Counted from the first letter of the stretch, positions 8,879-19,436 are shown. The stretch is 50,047 bases of DNA from Candidatus Iainarchaeum sp. (GCA_018304465.1 JAGVWC010000006.1:1-50047); one strand, 5' to 3'. The notes: generated by a model from the sequence alone, not told the origin. Numbers and translations: made by a program.

Positions 8879-10543
8879 TTATTCCCATAACCCGTTTTTG
8901 CAGGTTTTACTGTTGACCACGGTGCACGAAGAATGACAATATCCGTCCGCCAGACAATAACCCAATGGACAGCACGCATTCGATCCGGGCACTAGAAGAT
9001 CCTGCGCGCAGCCAAGACCAAGCGAATCACATTGCGAACAAGCGTTCCCCTGTTGAGGCGTATTCCCCGTAGGCGCATAAGTGATTGGAGTCGATTGACA
9101 CCTGTTGCTCGAATTGCAGGCATCCGAAGTACAAATGTCATCGTCGTTGCAGTCCGCGGTATTTTGACAACAATTCGCAATACTGGCATGTTTACAAGTA
9201 AAGTCAACGCAAGCGTCTTGCGTGCATGCATTGGAATCCCCGCATTCGTTGTCCGTTCGGCAGTTCCCGCATCCGCTCGTAAAAAACGTGCATTCTTGGC
9301 ACCGAAGCGCGCCCGGCGCAAATCCAAGCGTTTCACACGTTTTTCCTTTGAAATCAATCAAATCGCAATCTTCAGTCCCTTCTGCCACTCCGTCTCCACA
9401 AACCACGCCGCAATCCGAATCATTCTTCGAAGTACAACCCGCCGGACAGCATTCGTCGCTGTTCACGCATTGCTGCAAGGAAAGAATCGGAACCGGCAAT
9501 TCTGCGGTTTCTTCTTTTGAAGCCCGGTTTTTTCCGCAATCTTGGACTTCAAACACATAGCTTGCGGTTCCAGAACCACATTCCGTAACCTCGTTTGGGG
9601 TCAACCAATCCGGATCCGGCAACCGGTCATCTTCAACCACTGCTTTCATTGTAACTAGAGTCATTTTCCACCGTTTGCCCTCGCTGCAAGCAAAGCATTC
9701 GCCGCCAAGCTGGCTATAACTGTCCATTCGTGGAGCATTGTCCATCAGTTTTTCGGCGCACTCGTATACAATATAACCTGCGGAACCTGTCGAACCAATG
9801 CAACCCAGTAAAGAGGCGATTTGCAAAGGAGAAAGAGCGCCTGCCGTGATGGCCGTCAATGGAACTTCCAACACCGTTACGGTACACGTACCGACAGCTG
9901 CAATGATGGACCACCCCAAGTCACCTTTGTGGTCCATGATGCATCTCCAAAAGCCCCCGCCTTTTTCTTCGCAAAAACCGAATGAAAGAACATCCGGCCC
10001 CAACACATTCACCGGCACAACAGCGGTTTCACCTGCAAAAGAAATTTGTTGAACATCCGAAAAACCCAGCAAACGAAATTCTTCTCCGTTTCTTGCGATG
10101 CCCGCATTGGAGTCGAAAAAAGTGTAATGCTGCTCATCTTCAAAATAGAGGAGAAGCGATTTCGAAAAAGTCTCGAATTCAATCCGTTGCGCAAAAAGCG
10201 CTTTTCCCCGAGCGTTGGCAAGCAAAACCATTGTCACGTTGTTTCCATCCGAAAAACTTGATTTTACAGCGCCCAAAAAAGTTCCAAATCCTTTTTCTTT
10301 AGCAAAACCAAGCACAGCATACAATTCATCATCTGAATCAAATTCAAGATCAAGATCTGATTTTGAAAGCGTTCTTTGTTCCACCAGCCGCGGGTCCTTG
10401 AGCGCATTAAGCGTTCCAAGCTGTTCGTCACTTAAGCCATTGACATCAGAAGAAAAAGGATCGCCAATCGGCGGCCAAACGCACCCAAAAAGAACAACCA
10501 GTAAAAACAAACTCGCCGCGAAAAAAAACCGGGACATCCACAT
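8879..10543 (-). CDS. Secreted/lipoprotein-like Cys-rich surface protein
   Basis: Signal ending VVLFGC; CGDGVAEGTEDCD and C-x-D-x-x-x-CT-x-DAC repeats; start probably ATG 10543 or 10537. Confidence 0.8.
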   Translation of the reverse strand: MWMSRFFFAASLFLLVVLFGCVWPPIGDPFSSDVNGLSDEQLGTLNALKDPRLVEQRTLSKSDLDLEFDSDDELYAVLGFAKEKGFGTFLGAVKSSFSDGNNVTMVLLANARGKALFAQRIEFETFSKSLLLYFEDEQHYTFFDSNAGIARNGEEFRLLGFSDVQQISFAGETAVVPVNVLGPDVLSFGFCEEKGGGFWRCIMDHKGDLGWSIIAAVGTCTVTVLEVPLTAITAGALSPLQIASLLGCIGSTGSAGYIVYECAEKLMDNAPRMDSYSQLGGECFACSEGKRWKMTLVTMKAVVEDDRLPDPDWLTPNEVTECGSGTASYVFEVQDCGKNRASKEETAELPVPILSLQQCVNSDECCPAGCTSKNDSDCGVVCGDGVAEGTEDCDLIDFKGKTCETLGFAPGALRCQECTFFTSGCGNCRTDNECGDSNACTQDACVDFTCKHASIANCCQNTADCNDDDICTSDACNSSNRCQSTPITYAPTGNTPQQGNACSQCDSLGLGCAQDLLVPGSNACCPLGYCLADGYCHSSCTVVNSKTCKNGLWE

Positions 10544-10797
10544 CGTAAAGTTAATGAAATTGGTATTATTAAATGTATTTTTCGCTTTCTTCGTTAACCC
10601 ATCTAAGGCATCCGGCCAGAGGGGAATAGTAACAGCAGGGTAAAAAAGAACAATTTTTCGAATCAAGAGTCGAGCCTTCCATCCGCGTTCCTGATTCAGA
10701 ATCAATTGAAAGCAGATACGATCCGTCGCCTTTGGCGTCTAAATAGCTATGGATTTGATTGGCGGGTTTTAAAGGATTCGCTGGCAAAAATGTGTAC

Positions 10798-12384
10798 ATG
10801 TCCCTGATTGTCAAGAATCTATCCGTTTCCATCGGCAAACGCGAAATACTCAAAGATGAAAGCGTCGGAATCGCCGACGGCTCCAAAGTTGGATTAATCG
10901 GCCGAAACGGCGTTGGAAAAACCACGTTTCTCAAAGCGATCCTCGGACAAATCGATTACTCCGGCGAAATCCAGTTTCAAGGAAAAGCCGCTTATTTTTC
11001 GCAACACATCGGCTTGGACCTGGATAAAACCGTGCGGCAAACCCTAAGTGAAAAAGCGCAAACCCATCATCCGAACGCGTTCGAAGACGAATTACGCGAA
11101 ATCGAACAAAAAATGATGGATCCGACAATCCACGAAAAAAACAGCGATCAAATCAACAAACTCACGATGCGCTACGTTGAACTCCAAAACAAACGCAACG
11201 CCCATCAACCCAATCACGCGACCGGAAAAATAAAATCGGTGCTCCGAACACTCGAAGTCGACGAAGCATGGATGGACAAACCCGTGGCACTGCTTTCCAC
11301 CGGACAACGCGCCATTATCGCACTCGCCCAAGTGTTATCCGCGGACGCGGATTTATTGCTGTTAGATGAACCCACCAATCACTTGGATTTCAAGCGATTG
11401 GAAATCCTTGAAAATTATCTGCGAGAGTTCAAAGGAACCGTTCTGATGGTCACACACGACCGGTATTTTTTGGACCGCGTGTGCGACACGATATTAAAAA
11501 TCGAAAAAGGAGAATGGATCAAATACAACGGAAACTATTCCGCATACGTCAAAACGCGTCTATCCAATTTCGAAGCCCAAAAAACCGCGTTCGAAAACGA
11601 AACCAAATACCTCGCCACTGAAAAAGACAAAATTCGCCGCATCGGAAAAAGCCCGCAAAAAGTAAAACAAGGAAAATACCGCGAAAAACAACTTGAAAAA
11701 CGCGAAACCGTCGCCAAACCCGATTTGGACCAAACGCGGTTTCGCACCCATTTTGACGCCACCCCCACCAACGCCCGCATTATTTTGGAACTCAAAGACT
11801 TGACGGTCGGATACGACAAACCCCTGATTTCAGACATCACTCTACACGTCGAAGCCCATCAACGCATCATTTTGATCGGAGAAAACGGAATCGGAAAAAG
11901 CACGTTGTTCAAAACCATTGAAGGACGCCAACCCCCACTTTCCGGCCAAATCATTTGGGGAACCCACGCCAAAATCGGTTACGCCGACCAAGAACTCAAA
12001 GACTTGACCACCGACGCGACCTTATACGACGAAATCTATTCCATGCTCAAAGACATGGCCCAAACCCGGCAACACCTCTCCATGATGGGGTTCATTTCCG
12101 ACGACGAAGTATTCAAATCGATATCCAAATTATCCATGGGCGAAAAATCCCGCTTAAACCTGCTCAAAATCCTGATTGAAAAACCCAATTTGTTGTTACT
12201 GGACGAACCCACCAACCATTTGGACATCGACGCGCGCGAAATCATCGAAAACGCGTTCCTCCATTACGACGGCGCCATTTTAGCGGTTTCCCACGACCGA
12301 TACTTCATCCGAAAAATCGCGCAACGCCTGCTCAAAGTCACCAACGGAAAAATAAAAGAAATGAGCATGAACACGCCGATTTGA
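10798..12384 (+). CDS. ABC-F family ribosome-associated ATPase
   Basis: Two NBDs (GRNGVGKT, GENGIGKS; LLLDEPTNHLD twice; THDR/SHDR), arm insertion, GNYSAY linker, no TM segments. Confidence 0.92.
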   Translation: MSLIVKNLSVSIGKREILKDESVGIADGSKVGLIGRNGVGKTTFLKAILGQIDYSGEIQFQGKAAYFSQHIGLDLDKTVRQTLSEKAQTHHPNAFEDELREIEQKMMDPTIHEKNSDQINKLTMRYVELQNKRNAHQPNHATGKIKSVLRTLEVDEAWMDKPVALLSTGQRAIIALAQVLSADADLLLLDEPTNHLDFKRLEILENYLREFKGTVLMVTHDRYFLDRVCDTILKIEKGEWIKYNGNYSAYVKTRLSNFEAQKTAFENETKYLATEKDKIRRIGKSPQKVKQGKYREKQLEKRETVAKPDLDQTRFRTHFDATPTNARIILELKDLTVGYDKPLISDITLHVEAHQRIILIGENGIGKSTLFKTIEGRQPPLSGQIIWGTHAKIGYADQELKDLTTDATLYDEIYSMLKDMAQTRQHLSMMGFISDDEVFKSISKLSMGEKSRLNLLKILIEKPNLLLLDEPTNHLDIDAREIIENAFLHYDGAILAVSHDRYFIRKIAQRLLKVTNGKIKEMSMNTPI

Positions 12385-12419
12385 ATCCTGTTTTTATTCT
12401 TTTAACAAGTATTTTTCCT

Positions 12420-13418
12420 GTGAAACCCGTTTTTTATCATTTACTTGTGATCCTGGCGTTTGGCGCCTTGTTTTTCGGAACCGTTCAAGGCCACGACTTA
12501 ATCGTGGTTCACAATTCAATCGAAACCAACGAAAACGAAGTCGTCATCCAAAACGACGGGTCTTTTGCGGACACGCTCGGAGAAGATTACGAAGAACACA
12601 TCCGACAAAACCTCTTCGTGAAAAACAACCGGGAACCCTGCCCATTATCCGAATTCCGGTTCGAAGAAACTCCGATCGAATCCTTGGACATCGTGTATTC
12701 CTGCCGCGAAAACGCTTCCAACTTATCCGTTGAAGACCGCACGTTATCCAACATCGGAACCCCCGTGAACAAAATCTATGAAATCGGGGAAGGCGAAAAC
12801 AAAAAAACATTCGTCGGAGAACAAGCGATGACGTTTGAAATCCAACAAGCCCCCGAAACCGTTTTTTCCATTTTCTTCAAATACCTGATGCTCGGCCTCG
12901 AACACATCCTGTCGGGTTTGGACCACATTTTATTCATCATCGGATTCGTTCTGGCTGCCGCAAGCCTGTTTCCACTGCTTAAAAGCGTTACGGGTTTCAC
13001 GGTTTCGCACAGTGTCACATTAACCTTGGCGGCCACCGGCATCCTCGTGATTTCACCCAAAATCGTGGAACCCATTATCGCGCTGAGCATCATCGCGGTC
13101 GGACTCTTCACCCTGCTAAAAATCCAAGAAAAACAACTCAGCCGATTCTGGCTGATTTTTGGGTTCGGATTGTTTCACGGACTCGGATTCGCCGGCGCGA
13201 TTTCGGACGTCGGTTTTCCAAAAAACAACTTTATTGCCGCGTTGCTTGGATTTAACATCGGCGTCGAACTCGGACAACTCGCCGTGGTCGCCGTCGTGTA
13301 TCCGATTCTTTTTTTGGCAAGCAAATCCAAAACCCACGCCCAAACCGTCAAAACCGCAGTGGCCCTGATCGTGGTGATCAGCGGCACGTTTTGGCTGGCC
13401 ACGCGACTAATCGGATGA
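12420..13418 (+). CDS. HupE/UreJ-like membrane protein with N-terminal extracytoplasmic domain
   Basis: GLEHILSGLDHILF, FTVSHSVTL, FGLFHGLGFA, FNIGVELGQ. Confidence 0.88.
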   Translation: MKPVFYHLLVILAFGALFFGTVQGHDLIVVHNSIETNENEVVIQNDGSFADTLGEDYEEHIRQNLFVKNNREPCPLSEFRFEETPIESLDIVYSCRENASNLSVEDRTLSNIGTPVNKIYEIGEGENKKTFVGEQAMTFEIQQAPETVFSIFFKYLMLGLEHILSGLDHILFIIGFVLAAASLFPLLKSVTGFTVSHSVTLTLAATGILVISPKIVEPIIALSIIAVGLFTLLKIQEKQLSRFWLIFGFGLFHGLGFAGAISDVGFPKNNFIAALLGFNIGVELGQLAVVAVVYPILFLASKSKTHAQTVKTAVALIVVISGTFWLATRLIG

Positions 13419-13429
13419 ATCAACAAGAT

Positions 13430-14233
13430 TCACTTTGCGGCGGCCGCATACGATTGGTTCCACAACCCATGAAGAGACTTTGGAATAAACGACAACACCA
13501 CCCGTTTATCGTTTTCAATTATCTCGTTCCACGTCAGGATCCGCCCCGTGACCTTGAATTGATGTGGAAAATCCGATTTGAAGGCCACGCCTTTGGCGTC
13601 CACCAACCGTAGTTTTAAACCGTCCATCATCCAGTTGCCTTGATGCGGATGCAAATGAACCACGTCTTTTTTGTGCAAGCCCGCCAATTGCACCGCCAGT
13701 TCTTCCACGATTTTTCTTCGGATTTGCGGCGCGTACGATTCCAACGCCTGCAAAGGCGTTCCTTTCACGGCTTTGGTTATCACGAATTCGCGTCCTTTTT
13801 GAGTCATCAAAAACCCCACGGGAGTTTCAAGATACACGCGGCGACGCATCAGCTCAAGCAATACCGGAATCGATCGGCGATGCCGTCGATCCGAAGAACG
13901 ACCCAGTTTTCCGATTTTCGGAAACACTTCGGCTTCTTCTTTCACGATCACGCGATGATTTCCCGGTGTCGAAAAAACAGCTGCTCCTGGAAACCGCTGT
14001 TCCAGTTTCCATTTGGAAAGCGGAAAACCCACTTGACTTGGGCGAAAATGAATCGATTGAATCAATTCCGTTTTTTGGTTCGTGGCTCCGAAATTGTTTC
14101 GGTACACCAATTCCAATGCCCCGGGATTTTGCTTGACGGAAAAAAGCTTGCCAAACAACGGACTTGGAACCGGACGAGACACGCTTTTTTTCACCCGATT
14201 CACTAACCGCCGGACCCGCTGTTTCAAACGCAT
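13430..14233 (-). CDS. Protein-kinase-like (Kdo/RIO/Bud32-like) fold protein with atypical HLHPHQGN loop
   Basis: VIVKE, hinge VITKAVKG, LAGLHKKDVVHLHPHQGN, LVDAK; Arg-rich N-terminus. Confidence 0.72.
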   Translation of the reverse strand: MRLKQRVRRLVNRVKKSVSRPVPSPLFGKLFSVKQNPGALELVYRNNFGATNQKTELIQSIHFRPSQVGFPLSKWKLEQRFPGAAVFSTPGNHRVIVKEEAEVFPKIGKLGRSSDRRHRRSIPVLLELMRRRVYLETPVGFLMTQKGREFVITKAVKGTPLQALESYAPQIRRKIVEELAVQLAGLHKKDVVHLHPHQGNWMMDGLKLRLVDAKGVAFKSDFPHQFKVTGRILTWNEIIENDKRVVLSFIPKSLHGLWNQSYAAAAK

Positions 14234-14292
14234 ATCGAAACAAAAGCGTTTCCGCAATTAAATCCTATCGGTGCTCACAATCAAATTTTGCG

Positions 14293-16488
14293 TTACAATT
14301 TGACTTGTTTTAACAGCGACGAATTCGTGACCACGGAAACACTGCTTAACGCCATGGCGCCGCCCGCGATAATCGGCGAAAGCAAAATTCCCATGGACAA
14401 ATAAAACACGCCCGCGGCAACAGGAATCGCGACCACGTTGTAAAACAACGCCCAAAACATGTTTTGCTTGATTTTGGAAATCGTTAACCGGCTTAATTTG
14501 ATGGCTTTGGGAACATCCGTCAACTGGTTTTGCATCAACACGATGTTGCCCGTTTCCATGGCCACGTCGGTTCCGCTGCCCATCGCGATTCCGATATCAG
14601 CTTGCGCGAGCGCGGGCGCGTCATTGATTCCGTCTCCGACCATCGCGACTTTTCCTTTTTCCTGAAGCTTTTTCACGTAATTGGCCTTGTCTTGCGGCAA
14701 CACTTCGGCAAACACGTTCGAGATACCCGCCTGTGCCGCAATGGCTTTGGCGGTTCGTTCGTTGTCACCCGTGATCATGTACACGTCGATGTTGAGTTTT
14801 TGCAGTTGTGCCACCGCTTCTTTCGAAGACGACTTGATGGCGTCCGCCGCGGCAATCAAACCCAATACTTTTTTGGCATCCGACAGAATCATCACGGTTT
14901 TACCCGCTTCTTCCAGAGTTCCGAACGTGGATTTCAAATGCTCCGCGGCAATGTTGTTTCTGGCCATTAATTTTAGGTTTCCTAAGAAAAACTTTTTTCC
15001 GTTCAAATCCGCTGAAATCCCATGACCCGGCACCGCCTTGAAATTCTTCGGTGAAATCAACGAAAGATTTTGGCTGGCGGCTTTGGCGACAATCGCATCC
15101 GCCAACGGATGCTCCGATGCTTTTTCAAGACTCGCCGCGATTTTGAGGATTTCGTTTTCGCTTAATTTCGAATCGATCGAAACGATATCCGTGACTTCCG
15201 GAGCGCCTTTGGTGATGGTTCCGGTTTTGTCAAAAATAACATATTTCAATTTGTGCGCGGTTTCCAGGGCATCGCCGCCTTTGATGAGAATTCCGTGTTT
15301 GGCCCCGACTCCGGTTCCCACCATAATGGCGGTCGGCGTCGCCAACCCCAAGGCACACGGACACGCAATCACGAGCACTGCGATACTGGTGAGTAACGCG
15401 AATGCAAGACCCGCGTTCAACACGAAATACCATACGCCAAACGTGATCAAAGCGATCACGATGACCACGGGCACGAAAAACGCCGAAATTTGGTCGGCGT
15501 ACCGCTGAATCGGCGCTTTTTTGCCTTGCGCGTCTTCGATCAGCCGGATGATATGCGCCAACGTCGTGTTTTCACCGATTTTGGTGGCTTTGAAGGTAAA
15601 TGATCCATTCTTGTTGATGGTTCCGCCCACCACCGTGTCCCCGGTTTTTTTCTCAACCGGAATGCTTTCGCCCGTAATCATGGATTCGTCCACGGAAGAA
15701 TATCCGTCCGAAACGATTCCGTCCACGGGAATTCGCTCGCCGGGCTTGACCACGACAAAATCCCCGACCACGAGGCTTTCCACGGAAACCGTTTCTTCTT
15801 TTCCGTTTCGAATCACAATCGCGGTTTTTGGCGCGAGATTCATGAGTTTTTTGATGGCTTCGCTGGTACGGGTTTTCGCGATTCCTTCCAGCCACTTTCC
15901 AAGCACCACCAACGTAATGATGATCGCCGAGGTTTCAAAGTATTGCCCCGCGGCCGGATTGAACAAAATATTGTACACGCTTAACACGTACGCGGCAGTT
16001 GTTCCGACCGCAATTAATGTATCCATGTTCGCGGTCTTGTTGCGCAAAGCGGCCCAGGCACCGAGATAAAACTGTTTTCCAATGATAAACTGCACCGGAG
16101 TCGCGAGTAAAAACAACAAAAAATCCGCGAAAGGAACTTCAAATCCAAGCGGCATCAACACCATTCCGATCAAAAACGCCGGAAACGCGAACACCAAACT
16201 TAACAAAAACGTGTTTTTCATCCGGTCAAGTTCTTCTTTTTGAAGCTGGTTCTGTTTTTCAACATCCATTCCGGGATTAAATACACTCGCCTCATAGCCG
16301 CTTTTTTTCACGGCCATGATTAATTCATCGATTTTCGTTTCTTTTTCGTCAAACTCCACCATGGCTTTGGCCGTGGAATAATTGACATTGGAATCTTTGA
16401 CCCCTTGGATTTTTCGCAAGGACTTGTCAATAATAATGGCACAGCTTGCGCAATGCATTCCGGATACCTGTAACGTGACCTTGCTCAT
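14293..16488 (-). CDS. copA: Copper-translocating P1B-type ATPase
   Basis: GMHCASC, TGES, CPC, DKTGT, SEHPL, GDGIND, YN and MALSS. Confidence 0.96.
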   Translation of the reverse strand: MSKVTLQVSGMHCASCAIIIDKSLRKIQGVKDSNVNYSTAKAMVEFDEKETKIDELIMAVKKSGYEASVFNPGMDVEKQNQLQKEELDRMKNTFLLSLVFAFPAFLIGMVLMPLGFEVPFADFLLFLLATPVQFIIGKQFYLGAWAALRNKTANMDTLIAVGTTAAYVLSVYNILFNPAAGQYFETSAIIITLVVLGKWLEGIAKTRTSEAIKKLMNLAPKTAIVIRNGKEETVSVESLVVGDFVVVKPGERIPVDGIVSDGYSSVDESMITGESIPVEKKTGDTVVGGTINKNGSFTFKATKIGENTTLAHIIRLIEDAQGKKAPIQRYADQISAFFVPVVIVIALITFGVWYFVLNAGLAFALLTSIAVLVIACPCALGLATPTAIMVGTGVGAKHGILIKGGDALETAHKLKYVIFDKTGTITKGAPEVTDIVSIDSKLSENEILKIAASLEKASEHPLADAIVAKAASQNLSLISPKNFKAVPGHGISADLNGKKFFLGNLKLMARNNIAAEHLKSTFGTLEEAGKTVMILSDAKKVLGLIAAADAIKSSSKEAVAQLQKLNIDVYMITGDNERTAKAIAAQAGISNVFAEVLPQDKANYVKKLQEKGKVAMVGDGINDAPALAQADIGIAMGSGTDVAMETGNIVLMQNQLTDVPKAIKLSRLTISKIKQNMFWALFYNVVAIPVAAGVFYLSMGILLSPIIAGGAMALSSVSVVTNSSLLKQVKL

Positions 16489-17295
16489 TTAATTTGCCCC
16501 CGTCAATTGTTGTTTTCCCAACGGAACGAAATGAACCCAATCCAAAATAGACGCGTTCTTTTCAAGAACTCCGACCACAATGAACCGCTTGTCGAATTTT
16601 TCAAACGTGTCTCCGATTTTGGAAAAAATTTTCTCCGAGCGCATCAATTCCGATTCGCTTGCACCCAAAACCACAGGATAATACGCAACACCCGCGATTT
16701 CATGCGGTGAAAAATCCGTGAATGTTCCTTCGGCCAGTTTCGCAAAACCCGGCAATCCCGCGTTTCGATCAAGACGATAAAAAACCTTGGCCGTTTCTCC
16801 GTCCATGAGAATAAACAACCGGTTGGAGTCACCCGAAATCTTTTCGAATTCAACAGGGCTTAAAAAATGGAAATAATCCGCAGGACCATTGGTTTTCATG
16901 AGAATTCCTTCGACAGAAATCGTCAAACCAAAAAAACCATCCAATGAATCCCCGGCTTTTAGAAACAATTTTTCGGACTTCATCATGTCGGCTTCCAGTT
17001 CCCCAAGCACCATGGATCCTTTTTCAGGCAAAGGGTTTCCTTCAAACACGGAATACTTTGAAAGCGCGTTCGATTTGGCCAATGCAAACACTTTCGCGTC
17101 CCCCGCCGGCGAAAAACCGACTTTTAATTGAATTGCATCGTAAACCGCGGGATCCGAAACAGGTTCGTTCATTTCCGCATTTTGAAGTCCAAGTCCCGAT
17201 ACTCCAAAATAACCGATACTGACGACTACCAGCACTAATACGGAAAAAATAATCGGAATTTTTTCCTTCAAAATCCACTCGTGCACATTCACCAT
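16489..17295 (-). CDS. Single-TM protein with two tandem MacB-periplasmic-like repeats
   Basis: N-terminal TM; internal repeat VLG..E..MM.SEK.F.K.GD....F....V.G.L; lies within the copper operon. Confidence 0.7.
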   Translation of the reverse strand: MVNVHEWILKEKIPIIFSVLVLVVVSIGYFGVSGLGLQNAEMNEPVSDPAVYDAIQLKVGFSPAGDAKVFALAKSNALSKYSVFEGNPLPEKGSMVLGELEADMMKSEKLFLKAGDSLDGFFGLTISVEGILMKTNGPADYFHFLSPVEFEKISGDSNRLFILMDGETAKVFYRLDRNAGLPGFAKLAEGTFTDFSPHEIAGVAYYPVVLGASESELMRSEKIFSKIGDTFEKFDKRFIVVGVLEKNASILDWVHFVPLGKQQLTGAN

Positions 17296-17296
17296 T

Positions 17297-17653
17297 TTAA
17301 CCACCTTTCGCCATTGCTTTTTGGCAGGCCGCACAACCCGTGCTTTTCCCGCTTTTTTCAAAATGATCGTAGGCATCCCGAAGAATGCACCAGCAAAATT
17401 CCTGCGAAGGCCGGAACAACTTTTCCCGGCCGCGTTTTTCAAACACCACGACGCCCACTTGTTCCAGATACTTGAGTTGATGCGAAACCGCGGACAACGT
17501 CATGGACTCCCGCCCGATTACGTCATAAACTTCGTTCACGGTTTTCGGACCGGCCACGAGCGCTTTAAGCATCTTAAGACGGGTTTCGTCCGCGATCGCG
17601 GAAAAAAACCGCAGGACTTTTTTATCGATTTCGGTTGAAGATTTGGACGCCAT
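17297..17653 (-). CDS. ArsR/SmtB metalloregulator with C-terminal CxC and CxxC
   Basis: IADETRLKML, SAVSHQLKYL, FCWC...GCAAC. Confidence 0.9.
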   Translation of the reverse strand: MASKSSTEIDKKVLRFFSAIADETRLKMLKALVAGPKTVNEVYDVIGRESMTLSAVSHQLKYLEQVGVVVFEKRGREKLFRPSQEFCWCILRDAYDHFEKSGKSTGCAACQKAMAKGG

Positions 17654-17694
17654 AATAGTTGAATACTTGCTCAACCTTTTAAATATATCGAAGG

Positions 17695-19209
17695 TTAGTG
17701 ACAGCTTCCGCTGCCACCGCCTCCGCAACCGCACCCCCCGATTTTTGGAGGAGCCGCCGCGGCTTGGGCCACTTGTTGCTCCGCGGCCGCATCCAGCACG
17801 ACTTTTCCCGCGCCATCGACAGAAACGTCGTCGCGAACGATAAAAGTCCCCTGAATCATGCCCATCCAGCAACTCCAGCGCACGGTACCGGTCTTTGTCG
17901 GAGTGAATTCAATCGTTTGAAGACCCGGCTTGATACTGAAATTCAATCCGTATTCCGGCACGGTAATCGCGTTGTTACAACCGTTGATTTGTTTTCCGTT
18001 AATGATCCATTTCACGGGAACGCCTTTCTTTAGAATAAACCGATTCGGACTCCAGCCCGAATTGAGAACATCCATCCGGATTTCCTGGAAACCCGCGGAA
18101 GGACCGCCGACAATGACTCCGGTACCCGGCGGGTTATCCAACGGCAAGTCCTGAGAACCTCCAAGCAACGGGATCGAAGCCGTCGAAAAACCGTTTCCCG
18201 TCAATGCCAATCCGTTATTGACCATGAGAAGCCCCATGACCAGCACGATAACCGCCGAAAAACGCACGATGTTGTTCTGGAAACCGTGGCTTAAAAACGA
18301 GGCGAATACGCCGAACCCCAGCATCGGAATCAAGGTTCCCGCGGCAAACGCCAACAGCATCAAGGCCCCCGTGAAAACGCTTCCGGTGGTCGCCGCCAAC
18401 ACATACATGGCTTGCAGCGGACCGCACGCGATGAACAATCCATTCATCAGTCCCACCGCCAAGGGATCGCCACTGCTGTTTTTGAGCGGACCCACGCGCA
18501 GCTTATCAAACCAGCCTTGCGGCAAGCTCAATTTGCGCAGCACCGGAAAAATATTGAGGAGTTTCAATGCGAATAGTACGAGGAAAATTCCGGCCAGAAT
18601 CGCCACCGCGGCCCGAAGCTCCGGCGTGAACACCAAAAAACTTCCGATTGCGCCGAAAATCCCTCCGATCACCGAATACGAAATCAGTTTTCCGATGGCG
18701 TATTTGCTGTGAAGAGACAAATGCAATCCTTTGGGGTTTTCTTTTCGCGCCTTGGCGGTATACCCCAACACGAATCCACCGCACATTCCGATACAGTGAA
18801 AACCCGTCAGTAATCCCACCAAGAAAATCAACACGATACTGGTTTGCGCATCCAACTGCGGAATACTGATGTTAAGGGCACCGACCGTCGAAGAAACCAT
18901 CAAGTACCCGACCACCAAAAAAGCGATCGCGGTCAAGCCCAACAGAATATACATCGGACGCGCATCCGATTGTTTGGACGACGCGTCTTTGGAAGGATTT
19001 TCCGCGGAATATCCCGCTTCTTTGATCGCGGCAATGACCTGTTCTTCGGAAACCATTTGCGGATCAAACACCACTTTGGTGGTTCCGTTGGCATACGAGG
19101 CTTTCACGAAACGCACCCCGTCGATCTTTTCAACCGATTTTTCAATGATCTTTTCGCAACTGTCACACACCATGTTGCTGACTTTCAAAATGCTTTTTTT
19201 CGAATCCAT
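17695..19209 (-). CDS. HMA + DsbD_2-like TM + cupredoxin-like fusion protein
   Basis: MVCDSCE; HCIGMCGG and ACGPL; C-terminal GCNN...WSCWMGM. Confidence 0.88.
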   Translation of the reverse strand: MDSKKSILKVSNMVCDSCEKIIEKSVEKIDGVRFVKASYANGTTKVVFDPQMVSEEQVIAAIKEAGYSAENPSKDASSKQSDARPMYILLGLTAIAFLVVGYLMVSSTVGALNISIPQLDAQTSIVLIFLVGLLTGFHCIGMCGGFVLGYTAKARKENPKGLHLSLHSKYAIGKLISYSVIGGIFGAIGSFLVFTPELRAAVAILAGIFLVLFALKLLNIFPVLRKLSLPQGWFDKLRVGPLKNSSGDPLAVGLMNGLFIACGPLQAMYVLAATTGSVFTGALMLLAFAAGTLIPMLGFGVFASFLSHGFQNNIVRFSAVIVLVMGLLMVNNGLALTGNGFSTASIPLLGGSQDLPLDNPPGTGVIVGGPSAGFQEIRMDVLNSGWSPNRFILKKGVPVKWIINGKQINGCNNAITVPEYGLNFSIKPGLQTIEFTPTKTGTVRWSCWMGMIQGTFIVRDDVSVDGAGKVVLDAAAEQQVAQAAAAPPKIGGCGCGGGGSGSCH

Positions 19210-19214
19210 ACGCC

Positions 19215-19436
19215 TCACTTTTTTTCCTCAAAACGAGTGACCTTGTACCCGTCTTGTTCAATCTTTTTGACAATGTCTTCCACCCGGGTCTTTTTTTCGT
19301 CAAACCCGACGCTGACCCAGCCTTTGTCGGGATCCCCGGATACTTCCGAGATTCCGTTCAAATCCCCGACATTCATCTTGATGACCGCAATACAGCTTTT
19401 GCAATGCATTCCGGAAACCGAAAAAACCGTTTTCAC
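19215..19436 (-). CDS. copZ: Copper chaperone (HMA domain)
   Basis: GMHCKSC, 73 aa; GAGGTGA RBS before the GTG start. Confidence 0.9.
   Translation of the reverse strand: MKTVFSVSGMHCKSCIAVIKMNVGDLNGISEVSGDPDKGWVSVGFDEKKTRVEDIVKKIEQDGYKVTRFEEKK

Noticed and set aside
8879-10705. Extended N-termini in the ORF track (also mre11, arsR, padR, ROK, pyrH, priS)
   Set aside because: Downstream starts fit signal peptides, RBS positions, stop-start overlaps and family N-termini better
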